Shown: positions 9,924-20,698, counted from the first letter of the stretch. The stretch: 38,218 bases of DNA from Sulfurospirillaceae bacterium (GCA_033723415.1 JAWVXD010000013.1:1-38218), one strand, 5' to 3'. Numbers and translations are program-made. Notes: a model not told the origin generated them from the sequence alone.

Positions 9924-10411
9924 GTTTTGAATTTAACGCGCAAAATGAGAAAAAATTTAACGATCTTTTAAAAAGATACCCTAGCAAAAATTCTCTGACT
10001 CTTCCTAGCTTGTGGATGATACAGTATCAAGAAGGCTGGATATCTACAGAAGCTATGCAGTATTTGGCTCAAAGATTAGATATGTCGCCTATGGATATCT
10101 ACTCTGTCGCTTCTTTTTACACGATGTTCAATCTAAAGCCTGTAGGACAATATCATATTCAAGTCTGCAAAACCTTGTCATGTATGCTTAGAGGAAGTGA
10201 AGAGATAAAACATACTATAGAAAACAAACTAGGTATAAAAGCAGGAGAAACTACTAAAGATATGAAATTTACTATAACAGAAGTTGAGTGTCTTGGCTCT
10301 TGCGGAACAGCACCTTGCGTTTGCATAAATGAAGATTACATAGAAAATGCGACAGACAAGATGATAACAGAGATATTAGATAACCTAAACAATGAAGAGA
10401 TGCCCAAATGA
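9920..10411 (+). CDS. nuoE: NADH-quinone oxidoreductase subunit E
   Basis: VASFYTMF, VCKTLSC...ECLGSCGTAP [2Fe-2S] N1a ligands. Confidence 0.95.
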   Translation: MSFEFNAQNEKKFNDLLKRYPSKNSLTLPSLWMIQYQEGWISTEAMQYLAQRLDMSPMDIYSVASFYTMFNLKPVGQYHIQVCKTLSCMLRGSEEIKHTIENKLGIKAGETTKDMKFTITEVECLGSCGTAPCVCINEDYIENATDKMITEILDNLNNEEMPK

Positions 10412-11652
10412 TAGAAAAAATAGTAAGCAAAAACTTTGATATTAAAGACTCACATAAACTTAAGGTCGCAAAAGAAAACGGAAGATACTCATCATTAGAT
10501 AAGCTTTTTACAATGAGCGCGCAAGAAGTCATCAATGAAGTCGGCAAAAGTGGACTTAGAGGAAAAGGTGGCGGTGGCGCACACGCAGGCGACAAGTGGA
10601 ACCTCATACCAAATCCAAGTGACAAACCCACTTATCTTGTAGTCAATGCCGATGAGAGTGAGCCGGGAACTTTTAAAGACAGACAAATACTAGAGTTTGA
10701 CCCGCATCTTCTGATAGAGGGAATCATCTGTTCTAGTTATGCCATCAACTCTCACCACGCCTATATCTACATCAGAGGTGAATATGTTTTTTGGGCTAAA
10801 AGGATGCAAGAAGCTATAGATGAAGCATACGATGCAGGTATTATCGGAGAGAGAGTCTCAGGACATGACTACAAACTGGATATCACGCTACATAGGGGTG
10901 CAGGAGCTTATATCTGCGGCGAGAAGACCGCACTTTTAGAATCATTAGAAGGCAAAAGAGGACATCCTAGACTAAAACCAAAGGGAAAAGAGCCTGAATG
11001 GTTTTACGGTTGCCCGACAGTTGTAAATAATGTCGAAACTATAGCCAGTGTTCCTTTGATCATCAAAGAAGGATATGGTGCTTATCGAGCATTTGGAACT
11101 GATCAAAGTCCAGGCACTATGCTTTTTGGACTTAGCGGACACATAGAAAATCCGGGCATCTTCGAATTACCTTTTGGTGTCCATATGCTAGATTTTATAA
11201 ATCAGGTAGGAAAAGGTGTAAAAGGTGGCAGAAAACTCAAAGCTATCATACCCGGAGGCTCGTCATGTGCCGTCTTGAGAGGCGATGAGATTGAAGATGT
11301 AACCCTAGATTACGAATCAGTAAAAAATCACGGATCAAGCCTTGGAACAGGCGGTATGATCTTGATGGATGACACTGTTTTCATGCCCAAAGTCGTAAAG
11401 AACCTATTTGAGTTTTATCACCATGAATCTTGCGGTCAATGTACACCTTGTAGAGAAGGTACGGGCTGGAGCAATAAGCTGCTCGGAAAAATATTGGATG
11501 GAAACGGAACGAAAAAAGATCTTGAAACTCTTATATCTTTAAGCGACGTGCTAAACGGTAAGACAATCTGTGTGTTTGCACCTTCCGTTGCTTATATCAT
11601 AGACAGCTATATCGCAAAATTTGAAGACGAATTTTACTCACTCGTAAAATAA
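10408..11652 (+). CDS. nuoF: NADH-quinone oxidoreductase subunit F (FMN/NADH-binding)
   Basis: SGLRGKGGGG, NADESEPGTFKDR, GAGAYICGE, ESCGQCTPCREG. Confidence 0.96.
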   Translation: MIEKIVSKNFDIKDSHKLKVAKENGRYSSLDKLFTMSAQEVINEVGKSGLRGKGGGGAHAGDKWNLIPNPSDKPTYLVVNADESEPGTFKDRQILEFDPHLLIEGIICSSYAINSHHAYIYIRGEYVFWAKRMQEAIDEAYDAGIIGERVSGHDYKLDITLHRGAGAYICGEKTALLESLEGKRGHPRLKPKGKEPEWFYGCPTVVNNVETIASVPLIIKEGYGAYRAFGTDQSPGTMLFGLSGHIENPGIFELPFGVHMLDFINQVGKGVKGGRKLKAIIPGGSSCAVLRGDEIEDVTLDYESVKNHGSSLGTGGMILMDDTVFMPKVVKNLFEFYHHESCGQCTPCREGTGWSNKLLGKILDGNGTKKDLETLISLSDVLNGKTICVFAPSVAYIIDSYIAKFEDEFYSLVK

Positions 11653-11664
11653 ATCCAAATCATA

Positions 11665-11686
11665 TTGAGCTTCGAAAGAAGCTCAA
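11665..11686. terminator. Hairpin between convergent nuoF and nuoN, probable bidirectional terminator
   Basis: TTGAGCTTC-GAAA-GAAGCTCAA, perfect 9-bp stem with tetraloop. Confidence 0.75.
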
Positions 11687-11710
11687 ACTTTCAATAATAC
11701 TACCAAAATC

Positions 11711-13210
11711 TTAATGAATAGAAAGTGATTGATATGCCAGTTTTGCAGTATCTATCAAGAAATCAACACCAGGGAAATAAGATATGATACTGTTTCCTAT
11801 ACCGCCCCAAATAACGGCTATCGCCATCAATCCTATAACAAGCGGCGGTATTCCTTTTAGCGGTGGCACATTTGTCATCTCCGAACTTGGATAAAAGTAC
11901 ATCAAAGCTATCAACTTGAAGTAATAATACACAGATACGAATGTAGCCAAAATACCTACGACCGCCAATGCAGTGTTACCTGATGCTATCGCACCGATAA
12001 AGATATAAAACTTACCGATAAACCCTATAGTAGAAGGGATACCTGCAAGAGAGAGAACAAATATACCAAGCATTGCTGCCATATACGGTCTGATATGTGA
12101 AAAGCCCCTAAAATCTTCATAAGTAACTCTTACATGATCATCTGAAGCTATATATGAAAGCATACCGAAAGCTCCCATTGAAGAGAGAAAGTATGCGATC
12201 AAGTAAAATATAATAGAAGTTGCAGCCGCTTCTCCGATACTACCGATAGAAACAAATGCTATAAGCAAATATCCGGTATGCACTATACTTGAAGCTGCAA
12301 ACATTCTCTTTAGACTTTTTTGGAAGATCGCCAAAAGGCTACCATACAATAAGGTCAAGATCGCAATCCAAACCAAGATATCATCCAAAATACCTTTAAA
12401 TTGATGGAAATCTACCAAGAAAATTCTCAAAATAAATCCAAATATGGCAACTTTAAAAGTTGATGCCATAAATGCCGTGATAGGAAGCGGTGCTCCATCG
12501 TATGCATCCATAGACCAGTTTTGGAAAGGGAAAGCCGCGATCTTAAATAAGAATGTTATCATGATAAGAGTTCCGCCAGTGATAACTAGAAGCATATTGT
12601 CTTTTGGATGAGCGCTTAAGTACTCACCTATATGCACTAGATTTGTACTGCCAGTTCTTGCGTAGATCAGAGTGATACCAAGAAGCATAATGATACCTGC
12701 CAAAGAGCCAAGCACCAAATATCTGAAACTTCCCTCTACTCTTTTTAGATCATTTTTCTGGAATCCTATCAAAACGTATAAAGATATTGATGCTATTTCC
12801 AAAGCTATGAACGAAGAAAATAATTCAGATGACTGAACCAATAGCAACATACCGAATATAGAAAATAAAAGTAATGAAAACAGTTCTCCTCTAAGCATCT
12901 TGGTTTTTTCAAAATAATGCGTTCCTATAAGAACCGTTATGATTCCGCCCATGAGTATTATAGTCGTAAAATACCCCGAAAAAGTATCTACGATAAGCAT
13001 AGATGAAAGCATCTTTTTATAAGGATAAACCGAGTAAAGATCACCAAAGTTAACTGCGTTTGTAAGTAGAGCCAGTGTTAGAAAAAACAGAGTAACAATA
13101 GCCAATTTGCCTATCGTAAATCTTTTTATAGGGCTTAACAGCATCAAAACAACTGCACCTATGCCTATAGATAAGAGTGGCAATAAATATACTATATCAT
13201 CATGTTTCAT
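11711..13210 (-). CDS. nuoN: NADH-quinone oxidoreductase subunit N
   Basis: Antiporter-like polytopic protein; ALEIASISLY, FKIAAFPFQNW, LSLAGIP, GFIGKF; last gene of the block. Confidence 0.93.
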   Translation of the reverse strand: MKHDDIVYLLPLLSIGIGAVVLMLLSPIKRFTIGKLAIVTLFFLTLALLTNAVNFGDLYSVYPYKKMLSSMLIVDTFSGYFTTIILMGGIITVLIGTHYFEKTKMLRGELFSLLLFSIFGMLLLVQSSELFSSFIALEIASISLYVLIGFQKNDLKRVEGSFRYLVLGSLAGIIMLLGITLIYARTGSTNLVHIGEYLSAHPKDNMLLVITGGTLIMITFLFKIAAFPFQNWSMDAYDGAPLPITAFMASTFKVAIFGFILRIFLVDFHQFKGILDDILVWIAILTLLYGSLLAIFQKSLKRMFAASSIVHTGYLLIAFVSIGSIGEAAATSIIFYLIAYFLSSMGAFGMLSYIASDDHVRVTYEDFRGFSHIRPYMAAMLGIFVLSLAGIPSTIGFIGKFYIFIGAIASGNTALAVVGILATFVSVYYYFKLIALMYFYPSSEMTNVPPLKGIPPLVIGLMAIAVIWGGIGNSIISYFPGVDFLIDTAKLAYQSLSIH

Positions 13211-14692
13211 CTAATTTAATCCTACTTTTAATATGTCTACCAAATAGTGTTGAATTGTCGGTTCAATCTTGTATAAGAACCAGTGAGGATTGATCCCCAT
13301 AGCTATAATAATACCTGCTAGCGTAAATATACCGACCATTTCTTTTATATCCAGATCTTTCATCCCGCTTACGTCATTGTCAGTTTTGACAAGTACGACA
13401 CGTTGGAACAGCCAAAACATAAAACTAGCTGCAACCAAAACCGTCACCGCGGAGATAACACCTGCTAAATGTGAATATTTGAAAAGTCCCATAACGATCA
13501 ATAACTCAGAAACAAAGCCGTTCGTACCAGGAAGTCCGACGATACAAAACAACATCAAAGCGAAAGCAACCGTAAAATAAGGTGCTTTTTTGGCTATCCC
13601 GCCTAATCCTGAGATCGTTCTAGTCCCTAGATCATACTCCATAGTTCCTACAAGCAAGAACAAACCGCCGGTTGCCATAGCATGTGCAACGATAAGAAAA
13701 GCCGCACCCATCATGCCGTAAGAATTGAGTGAGAAAACACCTGCTGCGATAAATCCTAAGTGAGAAGCCGAGGAGTAGGCAAACATTCTTTTTATATTTT
13801 GCTGCATCAAAGCAGCGATTCCAAAATATACCAGACCAAAGATACCAAGGGCTACAAAATACGGTGCGAACTCTACAAACTGCTTAGGGAAAAGTGGAAG
13901 CACAAATCTTACTATTCCGTAAATACCAAGTTTTGCCATGATAGAAGAAAGTAAGAAAACCCCTCCTGTCGGTGAGTTTGAATACGTCTGAGGCAGCCAC
14001 GTGTGAAATGGGAAAAGCGGTATCTTCACGGCAAATGCGATCATGAAACCAAAGAACAACAATACCTGTTCTGTACTTGTAAGTGTCGTGATCTGAATCA
14101 GGTCACTAAGTTGAAAACTCCAAACTCCAAATTCTTGATAAAATTTAACACCCAGATACAATATAGATACCAACATGAACAAAGAGCCCATGATCGTATA
14201 TATAGTGATTTTGATCGTAGAGAAGATTCTATTTCCGGTTCCGTAGATACCTATGATCATGAAAACTGGAAGCAACATCGCTTCCCAGAAAAAGTAAAAC
14301 AAGACCATATCTAAGGAAAGAAGTGCTCCTGATACACCTGTTTGAATCAAAAGCATACTTGCCCAGTATCCTTTAGATTTTTTAGTTTTCCACAAGAACA
14401 GATATGCAAGAGGGATCAATGTTGTGATCAACATTAGGATCATCAAAGAAAAACCGTCTATTCCTAAACTATAATATATACCGTAACTTTTTATCCAAGG
14501 GTGAAACTCACGAAATTGCATGTATCCTTGTAGTTGAAAATTAAAAAATATATAAAGGGATACGGCAAAGATCACAATCGTAGTTGCAAAAGCGATATTT
14601 CTAGTGACCTTCATACCCACAGGGAGTATCAAAAGTGCAAAAGAAACCAGCATAGGTAAAAATATTATAAACGATAAAGGTCCAATATCCAT
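13211..14692 (-). CDS. nuoM: NADH-quinone oxidoreductase subunit M
   Basis: FYFFWEAMLLP, AFAVKIPLFPFHTWLP, AYSSASHLG, GLPGTNGFVSE. Confidence 0.95.
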   Translation of the reverse strand: MDIGPLSFIIFLPMLVSFALLILPVGMKVTRNIAFATTIVIFAVSLYIFFNFQLQGYMQFREFHPWIKSYGIYYSLGIDGFSLMILMLITTLIPLAYLFLWKTKKSKGYWASMLLIQTGVSGALLSLDMVLFYFFWEAMLLPVFMIIGIYGTGNRIFSTIKITIYTIMGSLFMLVSILYLGVKFYQEFGVWSFQLSDLIQITTLTSTEQVLLFFGFMIAFAVKIPLFPFHTWLPQTYSNSPTGGVFLLSSIMAKLGIYGIVRFVLPLFPKQFVEFAPYFVALGIFGLVYFGIAALMQQNIKRMFAYSSASHLGFIAAGVFSLNSYGMMGAAFLIVAHAMATGGLFLLVGTMEYDLGTRTISGLGGIAKKAPYFTVAFALMLFCIVGLPGTNGFVSELLIVMGLFKYSHLAGVISAVTVLVAASFMFWLFQRVVLVKTDNDVSGMKDLDIKEMVGIFTLAGIIIAMGINPHWFLYKIEPTIQHYLVDILKVGLN

Positions 14693-14696
14693 TCAG

Positions 14697-16580
14697 TTAT
14701 CCTAACAAATAAATTAAATATATACTAAAAGAGCTAAGTCCAAGCAACATAAAAAAGGCATAAGCTCTCGTATTTGCACTTTGCATCTTACCCACTCTTC
14801 TACCAAGATTTATAAAACCATGAGACAATCCCATGACTATCCCGTCTATGATGCCGTCATCAAAAGTAAATGCAACAAATGTACTAAACTTCTTTAATTT
14901 TTGTACGATCAAGGCATCTATGATCTCATCAACATAAAATTTATTATAAACGATACCTGAGTTTTTAAGCTCTTGCGTAAAGTCATATCTATAAAACTTT
15001 TTGTATGCCACCAAGATTCCGCTAAGTCCGACAAGAACGCTAGATATCATCAATATCAATTCTTGAGAATGACCGATCTCCATAGACTTTCCGCTCCAAA
15101 CTTTGAGCCATCCGTTTATCATGTTCGATCCGCCAAAGAATTCAGGCAATCCGGCAAATCCGGCAAATGCCGCTCCTAAGGCAAGTAATCCCATAGGTAT
15201 TTTCATACTCAATGAGACATGATGTATGTGCTGTTCAGTATAGTTTTTGCCCTCAAAGGTAACAAAGAAAAGTCTGAACATATAATATGCAGTAAGACCT
15301 GCTGTGAACAAGCCAATAGCATAAATAACATATTGATGATGCTCGAAAGCTTTTAGTAAGATCTCATCCTTACTAAAAAATCCGGCAAAAGGAGGTATGC
15401 CGCTGATCGCCAGATTTGCTACAAGCATCACCGTATATACAAAAGGGATCTTTTTTCTTAGTCCACCCATATTAAATATATTTTGTTCATGATGCAGTGC
15501 TATGATCACAGCACCAGCGCCCATAAATAGAAGAGCTTTGAAAAACGCATGCGTAAAAACATGGAAAAGTCCGCTTGAGTATGCACCAAGACCGACTGCT
15601 ATGAACATATAACCGAGCTGCGACATAGTCGAATATGCAAGTATCTTTTTGATATCCGTTTGTTTTGTCGCAATGACCGCAGCATATAAAGCTGAAAAAG
15701 CTCCTATATAAGCGATAAATACGCCGACATTAGGAATAAGATCATATAAAAAGTGAAATCTTGCCACCATATAAACACCGGCTGTTACCATAGTAGCAGC
15801 ATGTATCAATGCTGAAACAGGTGTTGGACCCGCCATCGCATCAGGTAACCACACATAAAGAGGTATTTGAGCTGATTTTCCCATAGCACCGATAAAAAGC
15901 ATAACACCTATAAAAGTAAGTACGGAAACAGGAACCAAAGGAATATAATCCTGCAAAGCAGAGTAACTAAATCCAAGTTGTCCCGCATAAAAGAATAGAA
16001 CGATCAAACCTATAATAAATCCAAGATCACCGACTCTGTTAGCTATAAAGGCTTTATTTCCGGCGATGACGTTCAAAGGCTCGGTAAAATAAAAACTGAT
16101 GAGTAAGTATGAACAAAGTCCGACACCTTCCCAGCCTATGAACATGATGATCGGGCTATTTCCTAGAACCAACAACAGCATTGATGCCATGAAAAGGTTA
16201 AAATATGAGAAAAATTTACCAAATCCTTCATCATCTTTCATATACCCTGTTGCATATATATGGATCAAAAGTCCTATGAAAGTAATGAACATGACCATAA
16301 ATATAGAAAGATTATCTCCCAAAAAGCCCATATTGATAGTATGTTCATTTATGGTAAGCCACGTATAAGGCTCATATAGAAATGAATCACTGCCGTTTTT
16401 TAACTGTATAAAATACAAAGTTCCGATAACAAAACTTGCAAACGGTGCTGCCAGAGCAAATATACTAAAAACAAAATTTGGTAGTTTTTTTACAGTTATT
16501 GAGAAAAGATACATCACTCCAAGTAAAACCGAACTAAAGAGTGGAATTAAGATTATCCATGCTAAAAATGATGAACTCAT
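14697..16580 (-). CDS. nuoL: NADH-quinone oxidoreductase subunit L
   Basis: GWEGVGLCSYLLI, GKSAQIPLYVWLPDAMAGPTPVSALIHAATMV, HAFFKALLF. Confidence 0.97.
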   Translation of the reverse strand: MSSSFLAWIILIPLFSSVLLGVMYLFSITVKKLPNFVFSIFALAAPFASFVIGTLYFIQLKNGSDSFLYEPYTWLTINEHTINMGFLGDNLSIFMVMFITFIGLLIHIYATGYMKDDEGFGKFFSYFNLFMASMLLLVLGNSPIIMFIGWEGVGLCSYLLISFYFTEPLNVIAGNKAFIANRVGDLGFIIGLIVLFFYAGQLGFSYSALQDYIPLVPVSVLTFIGVMLFIGAMGKSAQIPLYVWLPDAMAGPTPVSALIHAATMVTAGVYMVARFHFLYDLIPNVGVFIAYIGAFSALYAAVIATKQTDIKKILAYSTMSQLGYMFIAVGLGAYSSGLFHVFTHAFFKALLFMGAGAVIIALHHEQNIFNMGGLRKKIPFVYTVMLVANLAISGIPPFAGFFSKDEILLKAFEHHQYVIYAIGLFTAGLTAYYMFRLFFVTFEGKNYTEQHIHHVSLSMKIPMGLLALGAAFAGFAGLPEFFGGSNMINGWLKVWSGKSMEIGHSQELILMISSVLVGLSGILVAYKKFYRYDFTQELKNSGIVYNKFYVDEIIDALIVQKLKKFSTFVAFTFDDGIIDGIVMGLSHGFINLGRRVGKMQSANTRAYAFFMLLGLSSFSIYLIYLLG

Positions 16581-16897
16581 AGAGTTTCCTTTTGCTTCAA
16601 CGAGTTATAATCATCAATATTGATAGAGTGTTTTATCCTAAATAAAGACACTATCAAAGATAAAAATACTGTAGCCTCAGCAGCAGCTATAGCCATAACC
16701 ATCATAGCTATGATCTGTCCGTCCATAGTCGCAAAATGTCTGCTCAAAGTCACCAACATCAGATTTATAGCATTTAACATAAGTTCAATAGACATATAGA
16801 TCACAAATATATTTTTTCTACTTACTACCCCTATAACTCCTATACTAAAAAGAAGTACCGCTAAAAGTATGTATGACATAAACGAAACTACTATCAC
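16577..16897 (-). CDS. nuoK: NADH-quinone oxidoreductase subunit K
   Basis: MSIELMLNAINL, AAAEA. Confidence 0.95.
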   Translation of the reverse strand: MIVVSFMSYILLAVLLFSIGVIGVVSRKNIFVIYMSIELMLNAINLMLVTLSRHFATMDGQIIAMMVMAIAAAEATVFLSLIVSLFRIKHSINIDDYNSLKQKETL

Positions 16898-17400
16898 TCT
16901 CGCTCCTCTTTTCTAGCTAAAACGATTGAACCTATGAGAGCGACTAAAAGTAATATTGAAATTATCTCAAAAGGCACTAACCAGCCTTTAAAAAGCTCTG
17001 TTCCTAATCTATCTATCGTTCCAAAACTATCGGTCAACTTATCAAAATTACTAACGTTTGATACAGTTGCAAATGCTTTTAAAAGTAAAAAATCCACCGG
17101 TATCAAGACCAAGGCCGTAGCTAACATGATCAAAAGTTTATTTGGTTCTTTCGGTACGTGCTTATGCCCTATGTTTAAGAACATAATGATAAAAAGTAGC
17201 AGTGCTATGATTGCTCCTGCATATATGATGATTTGAACCATAAACAAAAACGGCGCACTCAAAAGGGCATATAAACCTGCAAGTGCCATAACGGTCACTA
17301 TAAAGCTAAGAGCCGAGTGAACGGTATTGGCAAAGTATATCATTCCGATGGCACCTGTAATCGCAAATAGACTTAATATTCCAAATATTACATCAGTCAT
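16894..17400 (-). CDS. nuoJ: NADH-quinone oxidoreductase subunit J
   Basis: QIIIYAGAI, PFEIISILLLVALIG; ATG at 17400 with GAGG RBS, overlapping the nuoI 3' end. Confidence 0.93.
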   Translation of the reverse strand: MTDVIFGILSLFAITGAIGMIYFANTVHSALSFIVTVMALAGLYALLSAPFLFMVQIIIYAGAIIALLLFIIMFLNIGHKHVPKEPNKLLIMLATALVLIPVDFLLLKAFATVSNVSNFDKLTDSFGTIDRLGTELFKGWLVPFEIISILLLVALIGSIVLARKEERE

Positions 17401-17899
17401 TGATATTATCCTCAAAAGATTTATTTGCCAAAAGAGCTTCTTTGTCTATAACGAACTCTTCTCTTTTCTCAGCTATAAAAGAAAAAATTCCGGTATCCAT
17501 CCTAATCGCATCGCAAGGGCATGCCTCTACACAACCTCCGCAAAATACACATTCTAGAAGATCTATAGAAAATTTTGCAGGCATTTTTTCATCAACGCCA
17601 TCTGTTCTCTCCGTAGCTTCGATAAATATACAATCCGCAGGACATGCTGTTGAACACATAAAACATGCAACACACCTGACACTACCGTCTTTTCTCTTTG
17701 TAAGTCTGTGAATACCTCTGTATCTGTCTGTAATGTCATCTGGCATAACTTCAGGATAAGCCATCGTTTTTATATTGCTTGTATCTTTTAGATTTCTTAA
17801 AAAATGTGACATAGTTGTTTTCAATCCGCCTAAAATTGCGGGAAGGTACATCTTGTCTTTGAAACTTTTGCCGTGTCTTGGAACTATTTTTACACCCAT
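17393..17899 (-). CDS. nuoI: NADH-quinone oxidoreductase subunit I
   Basis: Two 4Fe-4S motifs CVACFMCSTACP and CVFCGGCVEACP; ATG at 17899 with GGAG RBS. Confidence 0.95.
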   Translation of the reverse strand: MGVKIVPRHGKSFKDKMYLPAILGGLKTTMSHFLRNLKDTSNIKTMAYPEVMPDDITDRYRGIHRLTKRKDGSVRCVACFMCSTACPADCIFIEATERTDGVDEKMPAKFSIDLLECVFCGGCVEACPCDAIRMDTGIFSFIAEKREEFVIDKEALLANKSFEDNIND

Positions 17900-17900
17900 A

Positions 17901-19184
17901 TTAAACTCCAAACACCACTACGATTATCGCGGTAACAAAAATATTTGCTATAGACAATGGCAATAAGATCTTCCAACCTAAATTTTGCAATTGATCATAT
18001 CTAAATCTAGGAAGAGTCCATCTAACCCAGACAAAAAAGAAATTTACAAGCAGCAGCTTTATTGCAAATGTTGCTACTTGAACGATCGCAACCGCTATGC
18101 TGGCTGATGAAGGTGAAATTCCCGTTATCAAAAAATAACCGAGTAATACTATCAGTATGATATTGATAGCAGCTAAAATTCTCACAAGCCAAAGGCTCTC
18201 TTTGTTTCTATTATCATTTATATCAGGCCACGTGTTGTTTTTCAAAATCCAATTTTTAAATTTGTAACTCAAAAATGGCAAGATCACTATAATCGCCATC
18301 ATAAATATATGCATATTTGCTTTTAAAAGTCCTGTGCTTACCCAAGGCAGATTATATCCTCCAAAGAACAGTGTGACCATGAAAGCACTTGAAGCACTCA
18401 TGGCTACGTACTCTCCAACGAAGAATAGTCCAAACTTCATAGCACTATATTCAGTATGAAAACCACCGACTATCTCACTCTCTCCCTCAGCTATATCAAA
18501 CGGTGTCCTGTTCGCTTCTGCAAAAGCCGTGATTATAAATATAACAGCGGCAACAGGCTGCAAGAAAATACCCCAAGATGGGATAATTCCAAAAAACGTT
18601 CCGGATTGAAAATTTACTATGTCAACCAAGTGAATCGAACCATATGTGATCAATAATGAGATCAAAGCCAACGTCATAGATGCTTCATAACTGATGACCT
18701 GCGCACCTGCACGAATAGAACCGAGTAAGCTGTACTTGTTGTTACTTGACCAACCTCCGAGCATTATACCGTAAACACCTAGTCCGGCAAGTGCCAAGAA
18801 CCACAATATCCCAAAGTCCACAGGTAGTGCCTGCATCATGTAAACGTGTGAGCCTATTTGGAGATTATCTGCAAAAGGCATAACCATAAATGATAAAAAG
18901 GCACAGCTAAAAACTATAGCCGGAGCCAATTTAAATATAAATTTTTCTTTGATGGTTTTTGAACTAAAATCTTCTTTGAAAACTAATTTCAGCATATCTG
19001 CAAAAGACTGGATCAATCCACCTAGCCTAAATCCTCCGATGTTACATCTATTCGGTCCCATCCTATCTTGTATAAAACCTGCAACTCTTCTCTCTATCCA
19101 TACCATGACAGGAACAAGACCTAGAGAGAAAATTATCGCCAATAATATATTTATTGTGACTATAATAACTAAAACTGCACTCAT
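17901..19184 (-). CDS. nuoH: NADH-quinone oxidoreductase subunit H (elongated, 427 aa)
   Basis: ERRVAGFIQDRMGPN, AQVISYE, AEANRTPFDIAEGESE, WVRWTLPRFRYDQL. Confidence 0.96.
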   Translation of the reverse strand: MSAVLVIIVTINILLAIIFSLGLVPVMVWIERRVAGFIQDRMGPNRCNIGGFRLGGLIQSFADMLKLVFKEDFSSKTIKEKFIFKLAPAIVFSCAFLSFMVMPFADNLQIGSHVYMMQALPVDFGILWFLALAGLGVYGIMLGGWSSNNKYSLLGSIRAGAQVISYEASMTLALISLLITYGSIHLVDIVNFQSGTFFGIIPSWGIFLQPVAAVIFIITAFAEANRTPFDIAEGESEIVGGFHTEYSAMKFGLFFVGEYVAMSASSAFMVTLFFGGYNLPWVSTGLLKANMHIFMMAIIVILPFLSYKFKNWILKNNTWPDINDNRNKESLWLVRILAAINIILIVLLGYFLITGISPSSASIAVAIVQVATFAIKLLLVNFFFVWVRWTLPRFRYDQLQNLGWKILLPLSIANIFVTAIIVVVFGV

Positions 19185-20698
19185 GGAAGCTCAATCTTTA
19201 CGCTTCTGGCTTTGAGTTTATCAAGACTTATATTTTGGAGAAAACTTTCATCTTTAAGACCACTCAACCAAACATCTTCACACGAGTTTATACCGTCATT
19301 TAATATACTTGCGAGAAGATCTAATATTTTTGAAGACAATATGTCTTTTTTGATCTCACATTTACTAAACTGCACAAAATCGTCACAGTTTATAAATGTT
19401 CCGGCTCGTCCTGTGTGTGAAACTATAGGAAAAACGATATCTAACTTGTCTTTTTGCATAAAATCTTGAGAGCTAAGAACTCCGATCGAACCTTTATATC
19501 CCAAATTGTTCACAAGATTAAAATCTGATCTTCCGACTAATAGGACGAAATCTTTATCTTTTAAACTCTCTTCCAAAGAAGCAAGTGAATCAGGTATCTC
19601 TAAAAGTTCTATCGATCTTCTATTTGGAGTTTTGTCATTTTTTTTCAAAAATTCATCTCCAAAATTTTCATCTATAGTGTTGTCATATCCATTTAGTTCC
19701 AGATCTAGTTTCAAAGATAGCTTTTTAAATCTATACATCTCTTCCAAACTAAGTGTCGGAGAGATTAAGATCAAAGTTTTTGAACCATATCTTTTGAGTA
19801 TTCGCTCCAACTTGAGCTTTGCATATTCAAATTCGCTCTCCATACCTCTTATATAGGCATTTGTTAATCTGTTTTCATTTTCTTTTTTATAATTTAATCT
19901 TCCGTAATCACAAATAAAATACCCGTTTACGTCATCATTAAATCTTGGTCTGTATCTATATACTATATCATCTTTATATTTATCTCTGTGGTGATCCACG
20001 AACAAGGAGCATCCTCGCGAGCATCCATCACATATAGCTTCTGAGGGTTCCAAAAACCAGACTCTTTTGTGAAATCTAAAATCTTTGCTAGTCAAAGCAC
20101 CTACAGGGCATAGATCCACAACGTTCATGGCATATGGGTTTGCAAGTTTAGATCCCGGAAATGTAGTTATGACAGAGTGATCATTTCTCTGTAAAACTCC
20201 AAGTTCATGTGTTTTTGTGATATTTGACGTAAATCTCACACACCTTGTACATAAAACACATCTTTCTTGATCCAATACAACATTTGCACCCAAATCTTCG
20301 TGTTTCTTACCGTGGACTTTTGGAGTATCAAGGCGGCTGTCATAAAGACCGACATCCATGTAGTAGTTTTGTAAGGAGCATTCTCCTGCTTGGTCACAAA
20401 TAGGACAGTCTATGGGATGATTTATAAGTTCTAACTCAAGTATAGAGCGCTTTACTCTCTCTATACTCTCACCTTTTGTTTTTATAACCATTCCGTCTTT
20501 CGTCGGAGTATCGCAAGCGATTTGTGGTCTTTTACTTCCCTCTATTTCAACCATGCACATTCTGCAATTGCCATCTTTTCCAAGAGCAGGATGATAGCAA
20601 AAATGCGGGATATTTATACCATTCCCCAGAAGAACGTCTATAAGTAACGCATTTTCTTCGGTTTCTATTTTTTTCCCATCAACTGTAATTGTTGCCAT
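19181..20698 (-). CDS. nuoG: NADH-quinone oxidoreductase subunit G (short, 505 aa)
   Basis: IPHFCYHP..GNCRMC, HPIDCPICDQAGEC, CVLCTRC, CPVGALT, CDGCSRGC. Confidence 0.93.
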   Translation of the reverse strand: MATITVDGKKIETEENALLIDVLLGNGINIPHFCYHPALGKDGNCRMCMVEIEGSKRPQIACDTPTKDGMVIKTKGESIERVKRSILELELINHPIDCPICDQAGECSLQNYYMDVGLYDSRLDTPKVHGKKHEDLGANVVLDQERCVLCTRCVRFTSNITKTHELGVLQRNDHSVITTFPGSKLANPYAMNVVDLCPVGALTSKDFRFHKRVWFLEPSEAICDGCSRGCSLFVDHHRDKYKDDIVYRYRPRFNDDVNGYFICDYGRLNYKKENENRLTNAYIRGMESEFEYAKLKLERILKRYGSKTLILISPTLSLEEMYRFKKLSLKLDLELNGYDNTIDENFGDEFLKKNDKTPNRRSIELLEIPDSLASLEESLKDKDFVLLVGRSDFNLVNNLGYKGSIGVLSSQDFMQKDKLDIVFPIVSHTGRAGTFINCDDFVQFSKCEIKKDILSSKILDLLASILNDGINSCEDVWLSGLKDESFLQNISLDKLKARSVKIELP

